The notes under the pieces are model-generated. The model was not told the origin of the DNA. It ran no database searches and saw only the letters and a program-made list of their open reading frames with translations. A stretch of DNA of 32,000 nt from Methanohalophilus levihalophilus (GTDB taxonomy: Archaea; Halobacteriota; Methanosarcinia; Methanosarcinales; Methanosarcinaceae). The position numbers and the translations under genes were made by a program. The stretch spans positions 566,150 to 598,149 of the forward strand of contig NZ_JAGGLK010000001.1 in assembly GCF_017874375.1 (NCBI RefSeq), written 5' to 3'. This document shows, piece after piece, positions 1 to 8,398 of this stretch; position 1 is the stretch's first letter, and the number at the start of each line of letters is the position of its first letter.

Positions 1-538
1 CAATGACTTTTTCCACTGCCATGGATTCGCCTGTGAGGGCTGACTCATCGATTCGCATATTCCTGGTGAATATGATTCTCATATCCGCAGGGACACGGGA
101 ACCTGCTTCGAGTGTTACCACATCTCCGGCAACCAGTTCCCTGCTTGGAATTATTTTTCTCTGCCCTTCACGTAGAACTGTGGCTTCAGGTTTCATCATT
201 TTTGCAAGGGATTCAAGTGCATGTTCTGCCTTGTTTTCCTGCACAAATCCAATCACTGCATTGGCAAGGACAACCCCCATAATTACAGCTGTGTCTGCAT
301 ATTCATCAAGGAAAAAAGTAAGTGCAGCTGCAGCAAGAAGAACGTAGATCAGAGGACTCTTGAATTGTTTCGCAAACTTATAGAGAGGACCATGCTTCTT
401 TTTTATTTCCACTTCATTGAAACCGTATTTTGAAAGACGCAGCTCAGCTTCATCTTCCGAAATTCCTTCTCCGGAACTTTCAAGAAGAGAAAAGGCCTCT
501 TCCACAGTTGAGCGATACCATTTAATTTCCCCACCCAT
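1..538 (-). CDS. P-type cation-transporting ATPase, N-terminal part (gene runs off the window start)
   Basis: Not in the ORF track because it is open at the edge. Hand translation of the minus strand from ATG at 538..536 gives MGGEIKWYRSTVEEAFSLLESSGEGISEDEAELRLSKYGFNEVEIKKKHGPLYKFAKQFKSPLIYVLLAAAALTFFL...VLREGQRKIIPSRELVAGDVVTLEAGSRVPADMRII...IDESALTGES. This shows the cation-ATPase N-terminal domain, TM1/TM2 and the TGES actuator motif. The + ORF 3..347 is its antisense shadow. Confidence 0.85.
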   Translation of the reverse strand, partial: MGGEIKWYRSTVEEAFSLLESSGEGISEDEAELRLSKYGFNEVEIKKKHGPLYKFAKQFKSPLIYVLLAAAALTFFLDEYADTAVIMGVVLANAVIGFVQENKAEHALESLAKMMKPEATVLREGQRKIIPSRELVAGDVVTLEAGSRVPADMRIIFTRNMRIDESALTGESMAVEKVI

Positions 539-623
539 CGAGAGTTTATTGGAGTGGATGCTTTAAAGATTTTTCCGGAGAATAAGCAAAAAAGCTATCA
601 GATCTCAGAACCAATTTCTAAAT

Positions 624-1013
624 ATGACTTCAGGGATTATTGAAGCAAATTCCGTAAACTGGGAAGGAATCATTAATGGTGAAAAGGGGCCTTCAGTAGT
701 TATGTTTTACCTGACTACATGCCCGCATTGCCAGAATATCTATCCTTATTTCCAGAATTTTGCACAGGAATTCGGTGACAGGGTTACCTTTGCAAAAATG
801 AATGCAGAGGAAAACCCGGATATTTCAGGACTTTATGGTATAATGGGAACTCCAACTTTCATTTACTTCTGTAAGGGCATTGCGATAAAAAGCGAGACTG
901 GAGCTGTGCACCCTGCTAATTTAAAGCGAAACATAGAAGAGCTTATTACCGGCGGAGAGGAATGTGTATTAAAAACTACCGTACTAAGTCATGAAATTTC
1001 ACCATATGAGTAA
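624..1013 (+). CDS. thioredoxin-fold protein with CPHC active site
   Basis: 129 aa. It has a CPHC redox motif in thioredoxin-like context (VVMFYLTTCPHCQNIYPYF ... GTPTFIYF, with the cis-Pro loop). It is divergent from the ATPase gene. Confidence 0.8.
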   Translation: MTSGIIEANSVNWEGIINGEKGPSVVMFYLTTCPHCQNIYPYFQNFAQEFGDRVTFAKMNAEENPDISGLYGIMGTPTFIYFCKGIAIKSETGAVHPANLKRNIEELITGGEECVLKTTVLSHEISPYE

Positions 1014-1116
1014 ACAGGTTGGTGACGGTATTTGCCGAAAATATCGTTGACATCAGAAACTTTCATATTCGTTCAGGATATTTACTTTTTAAAAAATAAC
1101 AACAGGGGATTGGAAC

Positions 1117-1557
1117 ATGAAAATGAAAATCTTATTGACAATATTGCTGGTAATTGCAATTGCTTTTGCCGGATGCACCGAAGAACCGACTAAAAACGAA
1201 ACACCTACAGACGGGGATAATGCAACTCCTGAAGACAATGAATCAGGTACTGACAACGGAGATGAAGTGGAGACACCTGAGGAGGCTTATGAACCTCAGG
1301 ATTACCCAATCAGACTCAAAAACTATAATGCGATATCAGCAAATCCTCTTGAGATCAACAGGACAGATACTGTCACATGGATTAACCAGCAGGAAGATCC
1401 AAAACGATTTTTCTCAATTGAAAATGAAGAAGGATTGTGGGATGATGTATCCATTAGTTTCATGCAGAAATTCACTTACCAGTTTAATGAAACCGGTGAA
1501 TACCATACCTATGTGCCACCATGGCGTGGTATGAATGTGACGATCATTGTTAAATAA
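1117..1557 (+). CDS. secreted/lipobox-like protein with an acidic linker and a cupredoxin-like C-terminal domain lacking copper ligands
   Basis: AGGGGA SD lies 7 nt upstream of the ATG. Signal peptide MKMKILLTILLVIAIAFAGC has a lipobox-like AGC. A D/E/T/P-rich linker follows. The C-terminus TDTVTWINQ...FTYQFNETGEYHTYVPPWRGMNVTIIVK follows the plastocyanin/halocyanin pattern with Cys replaced by Val and His by Trp. Confidence 0.6.
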   Translation: MKMKILLTILLVIAIAFAGCTEEPTKNETPTDGDNATPEDNESGTDNGDEVETPEEAYEPQDYPIRLKNYNAISANPLEINRTDTVTWINQQEDPKRFFSIENEEGLWDDVSISFMQKFTYQFNETGEYHTYVPPWRGMNVTIIVK

Positions 1558-1580
1558 GAAGAAAATATCAAAACCCAGAT

Positions 1581-2738
1581 ATGGAGATGCAGCAAATCAG
1601 GGAAGGCGACGTTTCTTTATTAGTTCATGCCTTCTCTGAAAAAGGTTATACTCCATCTGTCACCCCTGTTTTTTATAATCCTCACATGGAATTAAACCGT
1701 GACGTTACAGTGGCAGCTATCGCAGCCTGGATCAAAAGGAAAAACAAGGATAATCCAGATGAGAATGCCGGCATCACATATCTTGATGCAATGGCAGCTT
1801 CCGGAATCCGTGGAATCAGGGTTGCCAAAGAAATAGGAGTAAACGTTACACTTAACGATTGGGGAGAGGAAGCATGCAAACTTATTCTGGAGAACGTTGA
1901 ACTAAACCAACTATCAAGTAATTCTCAGGTTTCCCGGAAGAGTGCTAACGTCCTGATGCATGAGAAAAAGTTTGATATCATTGATCTTGACCCTTTCGGT
2001 AGTCCTGCGCCCTTTTTGGACGCTGCGGCCTCCAGTGCAAAGGGATTACTGGCAGTGACGGCAACCGATACGGCTCCTCTTTGTGGAGCGCATTTGAACT
2101 CAGGTATGAGAAAATATTCATCAGTGCCCTTGAACACTGAATACCATAGTGAAATGGGAGCAAGGGTCCTTCTGGGATACATGGCTCGTGTTATTGCAAT
2201 GCATGAGAAATCAATGGTTCCGCTCTTGACACATGCCACACGCCATTATGTAAGAACATATGTGCAACTGAAAAACGGAGCAAAAGCAGCTGATAAGAGC
2301 CTCAGGGAAGTTGGATTTATAGCACACTGCCCATCCTGTGGGATGGTAGATTATAAGAAAGGACTCACAGTACAGATGGAAAAGAGCTGCCCGTTCTGCA
2401 AAAAAGAAGTACATGTAGGAGGTCCCCTGTGGCTGGGAAGTCTCCATGAACAGGGATTTTGCGAAGAAATTCTGCTTGAAATGGAAGAGAGGCCTTTAGG
2501 TACTAAGGATGCATCTTCAAAAATGCTGGAAGTTTGTAAAAATGAGCTTGATGTCCCAATGTTTTATGACCAGCACAAGATTTGCAAACAATTGGGAATA
2601 TCCGCAAAGCCAATTGAGGAATTGCTTGAAAGAATTAGAGAAAGCGGCTTTGAAGCCAGTAGAACTCATTTTTCGGGAACTTCATTTAAATCAGATGCAA
2701 ATTACAAACAGATTAAACAAATTGTCAGAAATTATTAA
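1581..2738 (+). CDS. trm1: tRNA (guanine(26)-N2)-dimethyltransferase Trm1
   Basis: 385 aa. It has the Trm1 signature FYNPHMELNRDV, the SAM-binding region LDAMAASGIRGIR, DLDPFGSPAPFLD, and a Cys4 zinc finger (CPSCG...CPFCKK). Confidence 0.9.
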   Translation: MEMQQIREGDVSLLVHAFSEKGYTPSVTPVFYNPHMELNRDVTVAAIAAWIKRKNKDNPDENAGITYLDAMAASGIRGIRVAKEIGVNVTLNDWGEEACKLILENVELNQLSSNSQVSRKSANVLMHEKKFDIIDLDPFGSPAPFLDAAASSAKGLLAVTATDTAPLCGAHLNSGMRKYSSVPLNTEYHSEMGARVLLGYMARVIAMHEKSMVPLLTHATRHYVRTYVQLKNGAKAADKSLREVGFIAHCPSCGMVDYKKGLTVQMEKSCPFCKKEVHVGGPLWLGSLHEQGFCEEILLEMEERPLGTKDASSKMLEVCKNELDVPMFYDQHKICKQLGISAKPIEELLERIRESGFEASRTHFSGTSFKSDANYKQIKQIVRNY

Positions 2739-2888
2739 TAATTTTATTTAGAAAACTATATATTAGAACGACATATAAAATAAGTCAGATAACCAGAACC
2801 AGCTTTCAATTATTTTAATAAATAGTCGGGACTGGAATCTAATAAAAAACAATCAAAACAAAATACCTGAAAAAAAGAGGATGATATC

Positions 2889-3158
2889 TTGAAAATCAGG
2901 TTACTAAACTCTAAAAACGAGATAGAAAAATTGAAACCGGAAGATGAAATTGTACATCTTTCTTTTAGACCAAGCAACACCGATTTGATGGAAATCATCA
3001 AACGTTGTCCAAGCATAAAAGCTGTTCAGATACCCGACTCCTACAAAGGGACCCTTTCAGGAACTGCTACAAAGTTCCTTGAATTACAGGGAGTCGCACT
3101 GCTTACAGGAAGTCTGAAAAGCGCATACGTCGAAAAATATATGGAAGTCAGTGACTGA
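2889..3158 (+). CDS. small conserved archaeal hypothetical protein (possibly DUF1699-like, from memory only)
   Basis: 89 aa. TTG start sits 6-7 nt after a GAGGAT SD. The ATG at 2881 opens only a 3-codon ORF. A hairpin plus T7 tract follows the gene. Confidence 0.45.
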   Translation: MKIRLLNSKNEIEKLKPEDEIVHLSFRPSNTDLMEIIKRCPSIKAVQIPDSYKGTLSGTATKFLELQGVALLTGSLKSAYVEKYMEVSD

Positions 3159-3196
3159 AAAGTCAATTGTGGCTTTTCATTCATTTCTATTTTTTT
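3157..3196 (+). terminator. hairpin (GAAAAG/CTTTTC) followed by a T7 tract
   Basis: GAAAAG 3157-3162 pairs with CTTTTC 3173-3178. T7 lies at 3190-3196, right after the stop of the 2889..3158 ORF. Confidence 0.4.
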
Positions 3197-3361
3197 ACAT
3201 AAATAACAAAATCTGATTAGCTTGAGCTATTGTAGGGTAATGCCTATATGGAAAAAGGTAGTTGAAACCATTAGTCAATAAGTTCATTGAGCCTCCCTAT
3301 AACTCATTTTTGGCGCAGTCTTATATGAATCGTTTGAACTAACAAAAAGGGAGGACAATAA

Positions 3362-3541
3362 ATGGACAGAAGAGGATTCAATGGCGGAAGCCGTAGCTTT
3401 AACAATGCACCTCGTGAGATGCATAAGGCCAAATGTAGTGACTGTGGCCAGGAGACAGAAGTTCCTTTTGTACCGGATCCTGACAGGCCGGTATACTGCA
3501 GGGATTGCTACCAGAAACACAAGCCACGCAGGAATTTCTAA
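3362..3541 (+). CDS. CxxC-x17-CxxC zinc-ribbon protein (59 aa, below the ORF-track cutoff)
   Basis: Hand translation gives MDRRGFNGGSRSFNNAPREMHKAKCSDCGQETEVPFVPDPDRPVYCRDCYQKHKPRRNF, then TAA at 3539-3541. A strong AGGGAGG SD lies at 3348-3354, 7 nt before the ATG. Exactly 17 residues separate the two CxxC pairs, as in the CxxC-x17-CxxC family. The basic, Gly/Arg-rich N-terminus suggests nucleic-acid binding. Confidence 0.75.
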   Translation: MDRRGFNGGSRSFNNAPREMHKAKCSDCGQETEVPFVPDPDRPVYCRDCYQKHKPRRNF

Positions 3542-3621
3542 ATTTCCAATCCTGTGACTTTGATTTAAAATAGAATGCAGGTTGATTGGTTTCCCAGTCA
3601 ACCTCTTTAAATTTAAAATAA

Positions 3622-3646
3622 TGTTGTACTGCTTTGAAGTACAACA
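3622..3646. terminator. bidirectional terminator hairpin between convergent genes
   Basis: TGTTGTACT (3622-3630) pairs with AGTACAACA (3638-3646) in a perfect 9-bp stem with a 7-nt loop. Both strands have T-rich flanks. A second 7-bp hairpin, AGGTTGA/TCAACCT, lies at about 3574-3600. Confidence 0.45.
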
Positions 3647-3653
3647 GAAATAT

Positions 3654-4949
3654 TTATTTCTTTACATCAGACAGCACAATTTTCACAAGAGCTGCAGCAA
3701 TATCAACTGATGTATAATCTTCCTCAAGGAGATTTTCAACCCAGTGAATGTACTCTCCCATGTGACCGGCATCAACAGCGTCTTTAACCTTCTGGGAAAG
3801 CAGCTCTGCACGGATATCTTCCACATCGCTCTGTGAAGGCACCTTCTTACGGATTATTTTGGCACCGGTGTGTTTTTGTATACTTTTTATCTTGCGAATG
3901 TCCTTGCCGGCAGCAAAAGTAAAGGCAGTTCCTTCCCTTCCTGCACGTCCCGTCCTTCCTATCCTGTGGACGTATGATTCTTCATCCTGTGGAATATCGT
4001 AATTAAAGACCACTTCGATATTTTCAACATCTATCCCGCGTGCCGCAACATCTGTTGCAATCAGGGTTTCGATGTCCCCTTTCCTGAAGCTGGCCATGAC
4101 CTTATCTCTTTGTTTCTGTTTCAAATCTCCATGAAGCGCATCAACAAGGTAACCACGTGATCGCAGGGTTTCAGCAAGAGTATCAACCTGCTTCTTTGTG
4201 TTACAGAAAACAAGAGAGGATTTTACGTTGTAGATATCAATAAGCCTGCAAAGAACTTCCGGCTTTACATGGCGCTTGACCTCAAAGTAGTATTGTTCTA
4301 CTAAAGGAACAGTAAGTTTCTTGTGAACGGTTTTTATCATCTGAGGATTATTCTGATACCGTTTTGTTAACCTCAATATTGGTTTTGGCATAGTTGCGGA
4401 AAAGAGAATGGTTTGCCTTTCTTCCGGAACTTCATTAAGAATATCTTCAATATCTTCCCTGAATCCCATGTCAAGCATTTCATCGGCTTCATCCAGCACA
4501 ACCATTTCTACTGCATTGAGTCTCAGGGTTTTTCTCTCAATATGATCCATCACACGGCCAGGAGTTCCAATTACAATCTGTACACCCCTGCGAAGAGCTT
4601 TGATCTGCCTTTCAATGGGCTGGCCGCCATATATTGGTAAAATTTTAGTCTTCTGGTATTTTGCGAGTTTGTTTAACTCTTCAGCAACCTGATTTGCGAG
4701 TTCCCTTGTGGGACAAAGTACGATGACCTGTACTTTTTTGACATCAGGGTCTATCATCTCAAGCGCAGGAATTCCAAAGGCTGCAGTTTTTCCTGTACCA
4801 GTTTGTGCCTGCCCGATTACATCCCTTCCTTCCAGGATAAAAGGAATTGACTGTGCCTGGATGGGAGTAGGTTCTTCAAAACCCAAATCCTCAACAGCCC
4901 GTTCCACGTCTTTTGATAAGTGTAATTCTTTAAAAGTTAGTGATTTCAT
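3654..4949 (-). CDS. deaD: DEAD-box ATP-dependent RNA helicase
   Basis: 431 aa carrying all core motifs: Q-motif (FEEPTPIQ), AQTGTGKT, PTRELA, DEAD, SAT and HRIGRTGRAG. Confidence 0.95.
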   Translation of the reverse strand: MKSLTFKELHLSKDVERAVEDLGFEEPTPIQAQSIPFILEGRDVIGQAQTGTGKTAAFGIPALEMIDPDVKKVQVIVLCPTRELANQVAEELNKLAKYQKTKILPIYGGQPIERQIKALRRGVQIVIGTPGRVMDHIERKTLRLNAVEMVVLDEADEMLDMGFREDIEDILNEVPEERQTILFSATMPKPILRLTKRYQNNPQMIKTVHKKLTVPLVEQYYFEVKRHVKPEVLCRLIDIYNVKSSLVFCNTKKQVDTLAETLRSRGYLVDALHGDLKQKQRDKVMASFRKGDIETLIATDVAARGIDVENIEVVFNYDIPQDEESYVHRIGRTGRAGREGTAFTFAAGKDIRKIKSIQKHTGAKIIRKKVPSQSDVEDIRAELLSQKVKDAVDAGHMGEYIHWVENLLEEDYTSVDIAAALVKIVLSDVKK

Positions 4950-5286
4950 TCTATGATTCCTTCTAGTATTTGGATGTCAGAAATGTCACAATATCAGTTA
5001 TCATGTCAGAATGCGGAATATATGACCGCAAAAGCATAATTTTGAGTAATAAGTGGCGAATTTGACTAATTTGATGATCCAGATTGTTTTGTTTCAACAA
5101 AACAAAAAAGATCACGCTGACTTAACTCCAATCTTGTACATTAAGTTTGCCAGTGAAATAATGACTTTTGCATCTTTGGATGGCAAGAGAGGCAATCTGG
5201 AATAAAGGGTTTCGACAATTATATATATTAAATCGTATCATGGAATAACTTCTAATAAAGACTTGTTACTTTCAGGTGAGTGGCTA

Positions 5287-5868
5287 ATGAATAAACAAAG
5301 CATGGACAATCTATTTTTGCAGGAAAAGCCCACCCTTGCACTGATGGCAGTATGGGCCCATAAAAGGACTTATGCGTCAGTTGTTACCAAGGAGATTAAC
5401 TCGACTTTTGCCCATACAACTAAAATATTATCCAAAATGGAAGAGATGGGACTTGTTAAATTTACAGTCGATGGGCGTATAAAATACGTTGAACTCACAG
5501 AATATGGCATTGAAGCTGTTGAAGCTCTGCAGCAGTTAATCCATGCTCTTAAGGATACTCTTCCTTCGGCATACCTGAAAGCTGTTGAAGCAGATGAAAA
5601 CGTTGTAAAACATGCCCTCAATGAGGAATCTGAGAAGATTCTTGGTAAAATACGAGAACTTCGAACAAAAATTGATAAAAGTTATACCGAGCTTGTCAAA
5701 AGTAAGGCCAGCGACGAAGCTATAAAACGAAAACTCGGTCCTTTCAGCAGGGAAGTTGCTCTTGTCGGCACAATGATAGAGAACTCGGAAGAGCCCATTC
5801 ATGATGACGTTTTGATTGCATACGACGAAACGGCAGACGCATTCAATTCCATTATTAAGAGAAACTGA
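5287..5868 (+). CDS. winged-helix (MarR/ArsR-like) DNA-binding protein with a helical C-terminal half
   Basis: I prefer ATG 5287 (GGTGA SD 8 nt upstream) over the TTG at 5263. wHTH-like region: YASVVTKEINSTFAHTTKILSKMEEMGLVKFTVDGRIKYVELTEYG. The C-terminus is charged and coiled-coil-like. Confidence 0.6.
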   Translation: MNKQSMDNLFLQEKPTLALMAVWAHKRTYASVVTKEINSTFAHTTKILSKMEEMGLVKFTVDGRIKYVELTEYGIEAVEALQQLIHALKDTLPSAYLKAVEADENVVKHALNEESEKILGKIRELRTKIDKSYTELVKSKASDEAIKRKLGPFSREVALVGTMIENSEEPIHDDVLIAYDETADAFNSIIKRN

Positions 5869-5881
5869 GGGGGTTTCTATT

Positions 5882-6565
5882 ATGGAAAAAGACTGTATAG
5901 CTCTTTTCATTTATGCTAATCCTCAACAGACATTAGTCGCAGCTAAGAATTTAATCTCAGACGAGCTTAAAGATCTGGAGGCTAATGCGGATACAGTTAT
6001 TTCCAGCAGTGGGTGGCTGGAAGTTCATCTTGAGGGAGAAGATGCCGAATTTGCCCTTAATTTCCTGAAATCAAAATATGGTTCCCCTACAAAAAAACCG
6101 GAACCTGAAATTGTCTATAATGGTTACATCAAATCTGTTGAAGGGGAAGAATTACTCATTGATATAGGCAAAGTAATGAGAATGCCTGTACAAAATCTCA
6201 AGTCATTAGGTACAGGAAATGCAAAACAGATAGCTGCAAGATTCGGATTAATTCAGCATTTTCCTGTAAAAGTACGACTGTCAAAAGATGGTAAAACGCT
6301 TGAATTTGCAGATGAAACAATTGATCTGTTATGGAAATGGAAAAAATCACCAATGGACAGGGTCATAGCAAACTCATCCACGCGCTCAAAAATAAAATCC
6401 GCAATTAAGAAAACCGGGCATGGAAGAGATATTTTTGGAGTAGAAAAACTAGGTCTGCTTGAAAATGTCATTGTTTGTAAAGAAGGAACAGATGGTCCTG
6501 GAATAGTTGCTGAAATTGGACCACTCCTGAAATCAGAAATGGGAGTAATACGAGGGACACACTGA
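5882..6565 (+). CDS. conserved archaeal hypothetical protein (possibly DUF2110-like, from memory) with an S1/OB-like segment
   Basis: I prefer ATG 5882, preceded by GAGGGGG. 227 aa. The segment GYIKSVEGEELLIDIGK resembles the S1-domain G-x-V-x-x-V-x-x-x-G-x-F-V-D-I-G pattern. It sits 13 nt after the wHTH gene, so the two are probably one operon. Confidence 0.6.
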   Translation: MEKDCIALFIYANPQQTLVAAKNLISDELKDLEANADTVISSSGWLEVHLEGEDAEFALNFLKSKYGSPTKKPEPEIVYNGYIKSVEGEELLIDIGKVMRMPVQNLKSLGTGNAKQIAARFGLIQHFPVKVRLSKDGKTLEFADETIDLLWKWKKSPMDRVIANSSTRSKIKSAIKKTGHGRDIFGVEKLGLLENVIVCKEGTDGPGIVAEIGPLLKSEMGVIRGTH

Positions 6566-6566
6566 A

Positions 6567-7301
6567 TTACTCGGTGATAAAGAGACAGTGATTATCGCCT
6601 GCAGCATAGCATTCTTTTTCAATGAAGGGTAGATTCAGACCTATTGAACTGGAAAAAATACCCTCGAGAACACCTTCGTCAAACGAACAAACTGGATGTC
6701 CGACAACTGGAATAGAATCGCATTCGAAACAATCCTTAACGCGAATTGTGAGTGGGTCCACATCATCAATATACATTTTACCCAGTTTGTGAAGACGCCA
6801 ATAACCTCGAAGTTCTTCAAAGACATCTGAAACATCATCAAAATCAAAAGTCGCTGATATATGGCCACCTATGTCCCTTCCAATAATTTTCATAAGGGGG
6901 CCATTATTGATTCCCTGCGCTTCTGAGCCATACCGGACAGCCCGGAAAGCATACTTAAGGAAATCAAATTCATCTTTCAGGGAAGAAGTAAACATATCAA
7001 GTGTCTGGTAATAATGGAAATCAAGAGGTTCTCTGGAGCAGGCAATGTACTTGGAACATAAAGTATAGGTTTTCCTGCGTCGGTCAGAGGGATCAACCTG
7101 TTCTCTAACCAAATTTGCTTTCTGGAGATCATTTAGATGGACCGAAACAGTAGACTTGGCTTTCCCGGTACTGCGAACAATTTCATCAAAAGACTTGGGA
7201 TCTGCCTGCAAAAATTCAAGTATCTGGAGTTTCACTTCTCCGTTGATAGCAATAAATCCATTTGCAGTTGCAAAAAGAGCAGTATGATCTTTTGATTCCA
7301 T
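6567..7301 (-). CDS. transcriptional regulator, ArsR-type HTH plus C-terminal V4R domain (Msr-family-like)
   Basis: Start moved to ATG 7301 (MESKDHTALF...). wHTH region: LQILEFLQADPKSFDEIVRSTGKAKSTVSVHLNDLQKANLV. The C-terminal Cys-containing V4R-like region is CFECDSIPVVGHPVCSFDEGVLEGIF...CYAAGDNHC. The 65-aa upstream extension in the ORF track is hydrophobic junk overlapping the divergent gene. Confidence 0.75.
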   Translation of the reverse strand: MESKDHTALFATANGFIAINGEVKLQILEFLQADPKSFDEIVRSTGKAKSTVSVHLNDLQKANLVREQVDPSDRRRKTYTLCSKYIACSREPLDFHYYQTLDMFTSSLKDEFDFLKYAFRAVRYGSEAQGINNGPLMKIIGRDIGGHISATFDFDDVSDVFEELRGYWRLHKLGKMYIDDVDPLTIRVKDCFECDSIPVVGHPVCSFDEGVLEGIFSSSIGLNLPFIEKECYAAGDNHCLFITE

Positions 7302-7374
7302 ACAGAAAAAAGATAAGGCAGGCAAATATATAAACGTTCGCCAAGATTCGAATGAATTTGAAAAAGGTATCCTG

Positions 7375-8397
7375 ATGCAAGCAGAAAATACTAAAGCAAT
7401 ACTTGTCCCGAAGGAAAAAATTGAAGATATTCGCATGCATCTGCTCAAAAAAAATATCCTTGATACAAACAGGAAAATAAAAATTGCGACAAACAAGGAT
7501 TTGGCCGAAATTCCAGTTTTGGGAGAAGTGGAAGGTTATGAACACATTTTCCAGGAAAAACCTGAATATTATTTCCAGTTCAAAAATTTAAGAGAAAGGC
7601 TGCAGGAAATCGCTGATCCTGAACAAAAAAAATACATACCTTCCGGATGGCAGGTGCTTGGAGATGTAGTTGTAATTACCATTCCTGAAAAAATCTCATC
7701 ACTTAAACCTGTAATTGGGGAAGAACTCCTGAAAATGTATCCTTCATGTCACTGCGTGGTTAACGATAAAGGTATAGACGGAGATCTCCGCCAACCGAAA
7801 AGGGAAATCATTGCAGGGAATGGAACTGAAACCACACACCGGGAAAATGGGTGTGTGTTCAGGATGGATGTTACAAAAGTTATGTACTCAAAGGGAAACC
7901 TCTATGAAAAGAGGCACATGAGCAATATAGGAACCGGCGAAATCATTGTGGATATGTTTGCAGGCATAGGCTATTTTACAATACCCATTGCAGTCCATGC
8001 AAAGCCTGAAAAAATGTACGCAATCGAATTGAATCCTGAGTCGCATTCCTACCTTCTTGAAAATATCAAGTTGAATAATGTAGAAGGTATTGTAGAACCT
8101 GTATTGGGTAATTGCCTTGAAAAAGCCCCTGAAGGAGTAGCTGACAGGGTACTTATGGGATATGTAGGAAATACACATGAGTATCTGAAAAAGGCAATCT
8201 CAATCCTGAAAAAAGAGGGTGGAATAATCCACTATCATGAATCAGTTCCCGAAAAACTATTTCCTGAAAGACCCGTATCCAGAATAACTAAAGCTGCACT
8301 GGAAAAAGGGAAAAAAGTGGAGATTCTTGGCTTTCGGCGTATTAAAAAATATTCACCTGGCGTCTGGCATGTAGTTATAGATGCAAAAATTGGGTGA
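7375..8397 (+). CDS. Met-10+/Trm5-TYW2 family SAM-dependent tRNA-modifying transferase (Trm5 or Taw2 type)
   Basis: 340 aa. SAM motif: IVDMFAGIGYFTIPIA. Family motifs present: AIELNP, DRVLMGYVGNTHEYL and IIHYHE. MGY replaces the NLP catalytic loop I remember for Trm5, so a Taw2-like activity is possible. Confidence 0.8.
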   Translation: MQAENTKAILVPKEKIEDIRMHLLKKNILDTNRKIKIATNKDLAEIPVLGEVEGYEHIFQEKPEYYFQFKNLRERLQEIADPEQKKYIPSGWQVLGDVVVITIPEKISSLKPVIGEELLKMYPSCHCVVNDKGIDGDLRQPKREIIAGNGTETTHRENGCVFRMDVTKVMYSKGNLYEKRHMSNIGTGEIIVDMFAGIGYFTIPIAVHAKPEKMYAIELNPESHSYLLENIKLNNVEGIVEPVLGNCLEKAPEGVADRVLMGYVGNTHEYLKKAISILKKEGGIIHYHESVPEKLFPERPVSRITKAALEKGKKVEILGFRRIKKYSPGVWHVVIDAKIG

Positions 8398-8398
8398 A

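Noticed and set aside
3-347. 114-aa + strand ORF at the window start
   Set aside because: It is antisense to a clearly recognisable P-type ATPase N-terminus on the minus strand (TGES motif, TM helices). Its composition is low-complexity Ser/Ala/Thr, as expected for an antisense shadow.
3284-3644. Two overlapping minus-strand ORFs (105 and 81 aa) between the small ORF and deaD
   Set aside because: They overlap the SD-preceded zinc-ribbon gene on the + strand and the terminator hairpins. They have no SD and no recognisable motifs.
7302-7496. 65-aa N-terminal extension of the HTH-V4R regulator ORF (track start 7496)
   Set aside because: The extension is a hydrophobic Phe/Ile/Ser run crossing the divergent promoter and overlapping the start of the 7375 gene. 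The ATG at 7301 gives a normal wHTH N-terminus.
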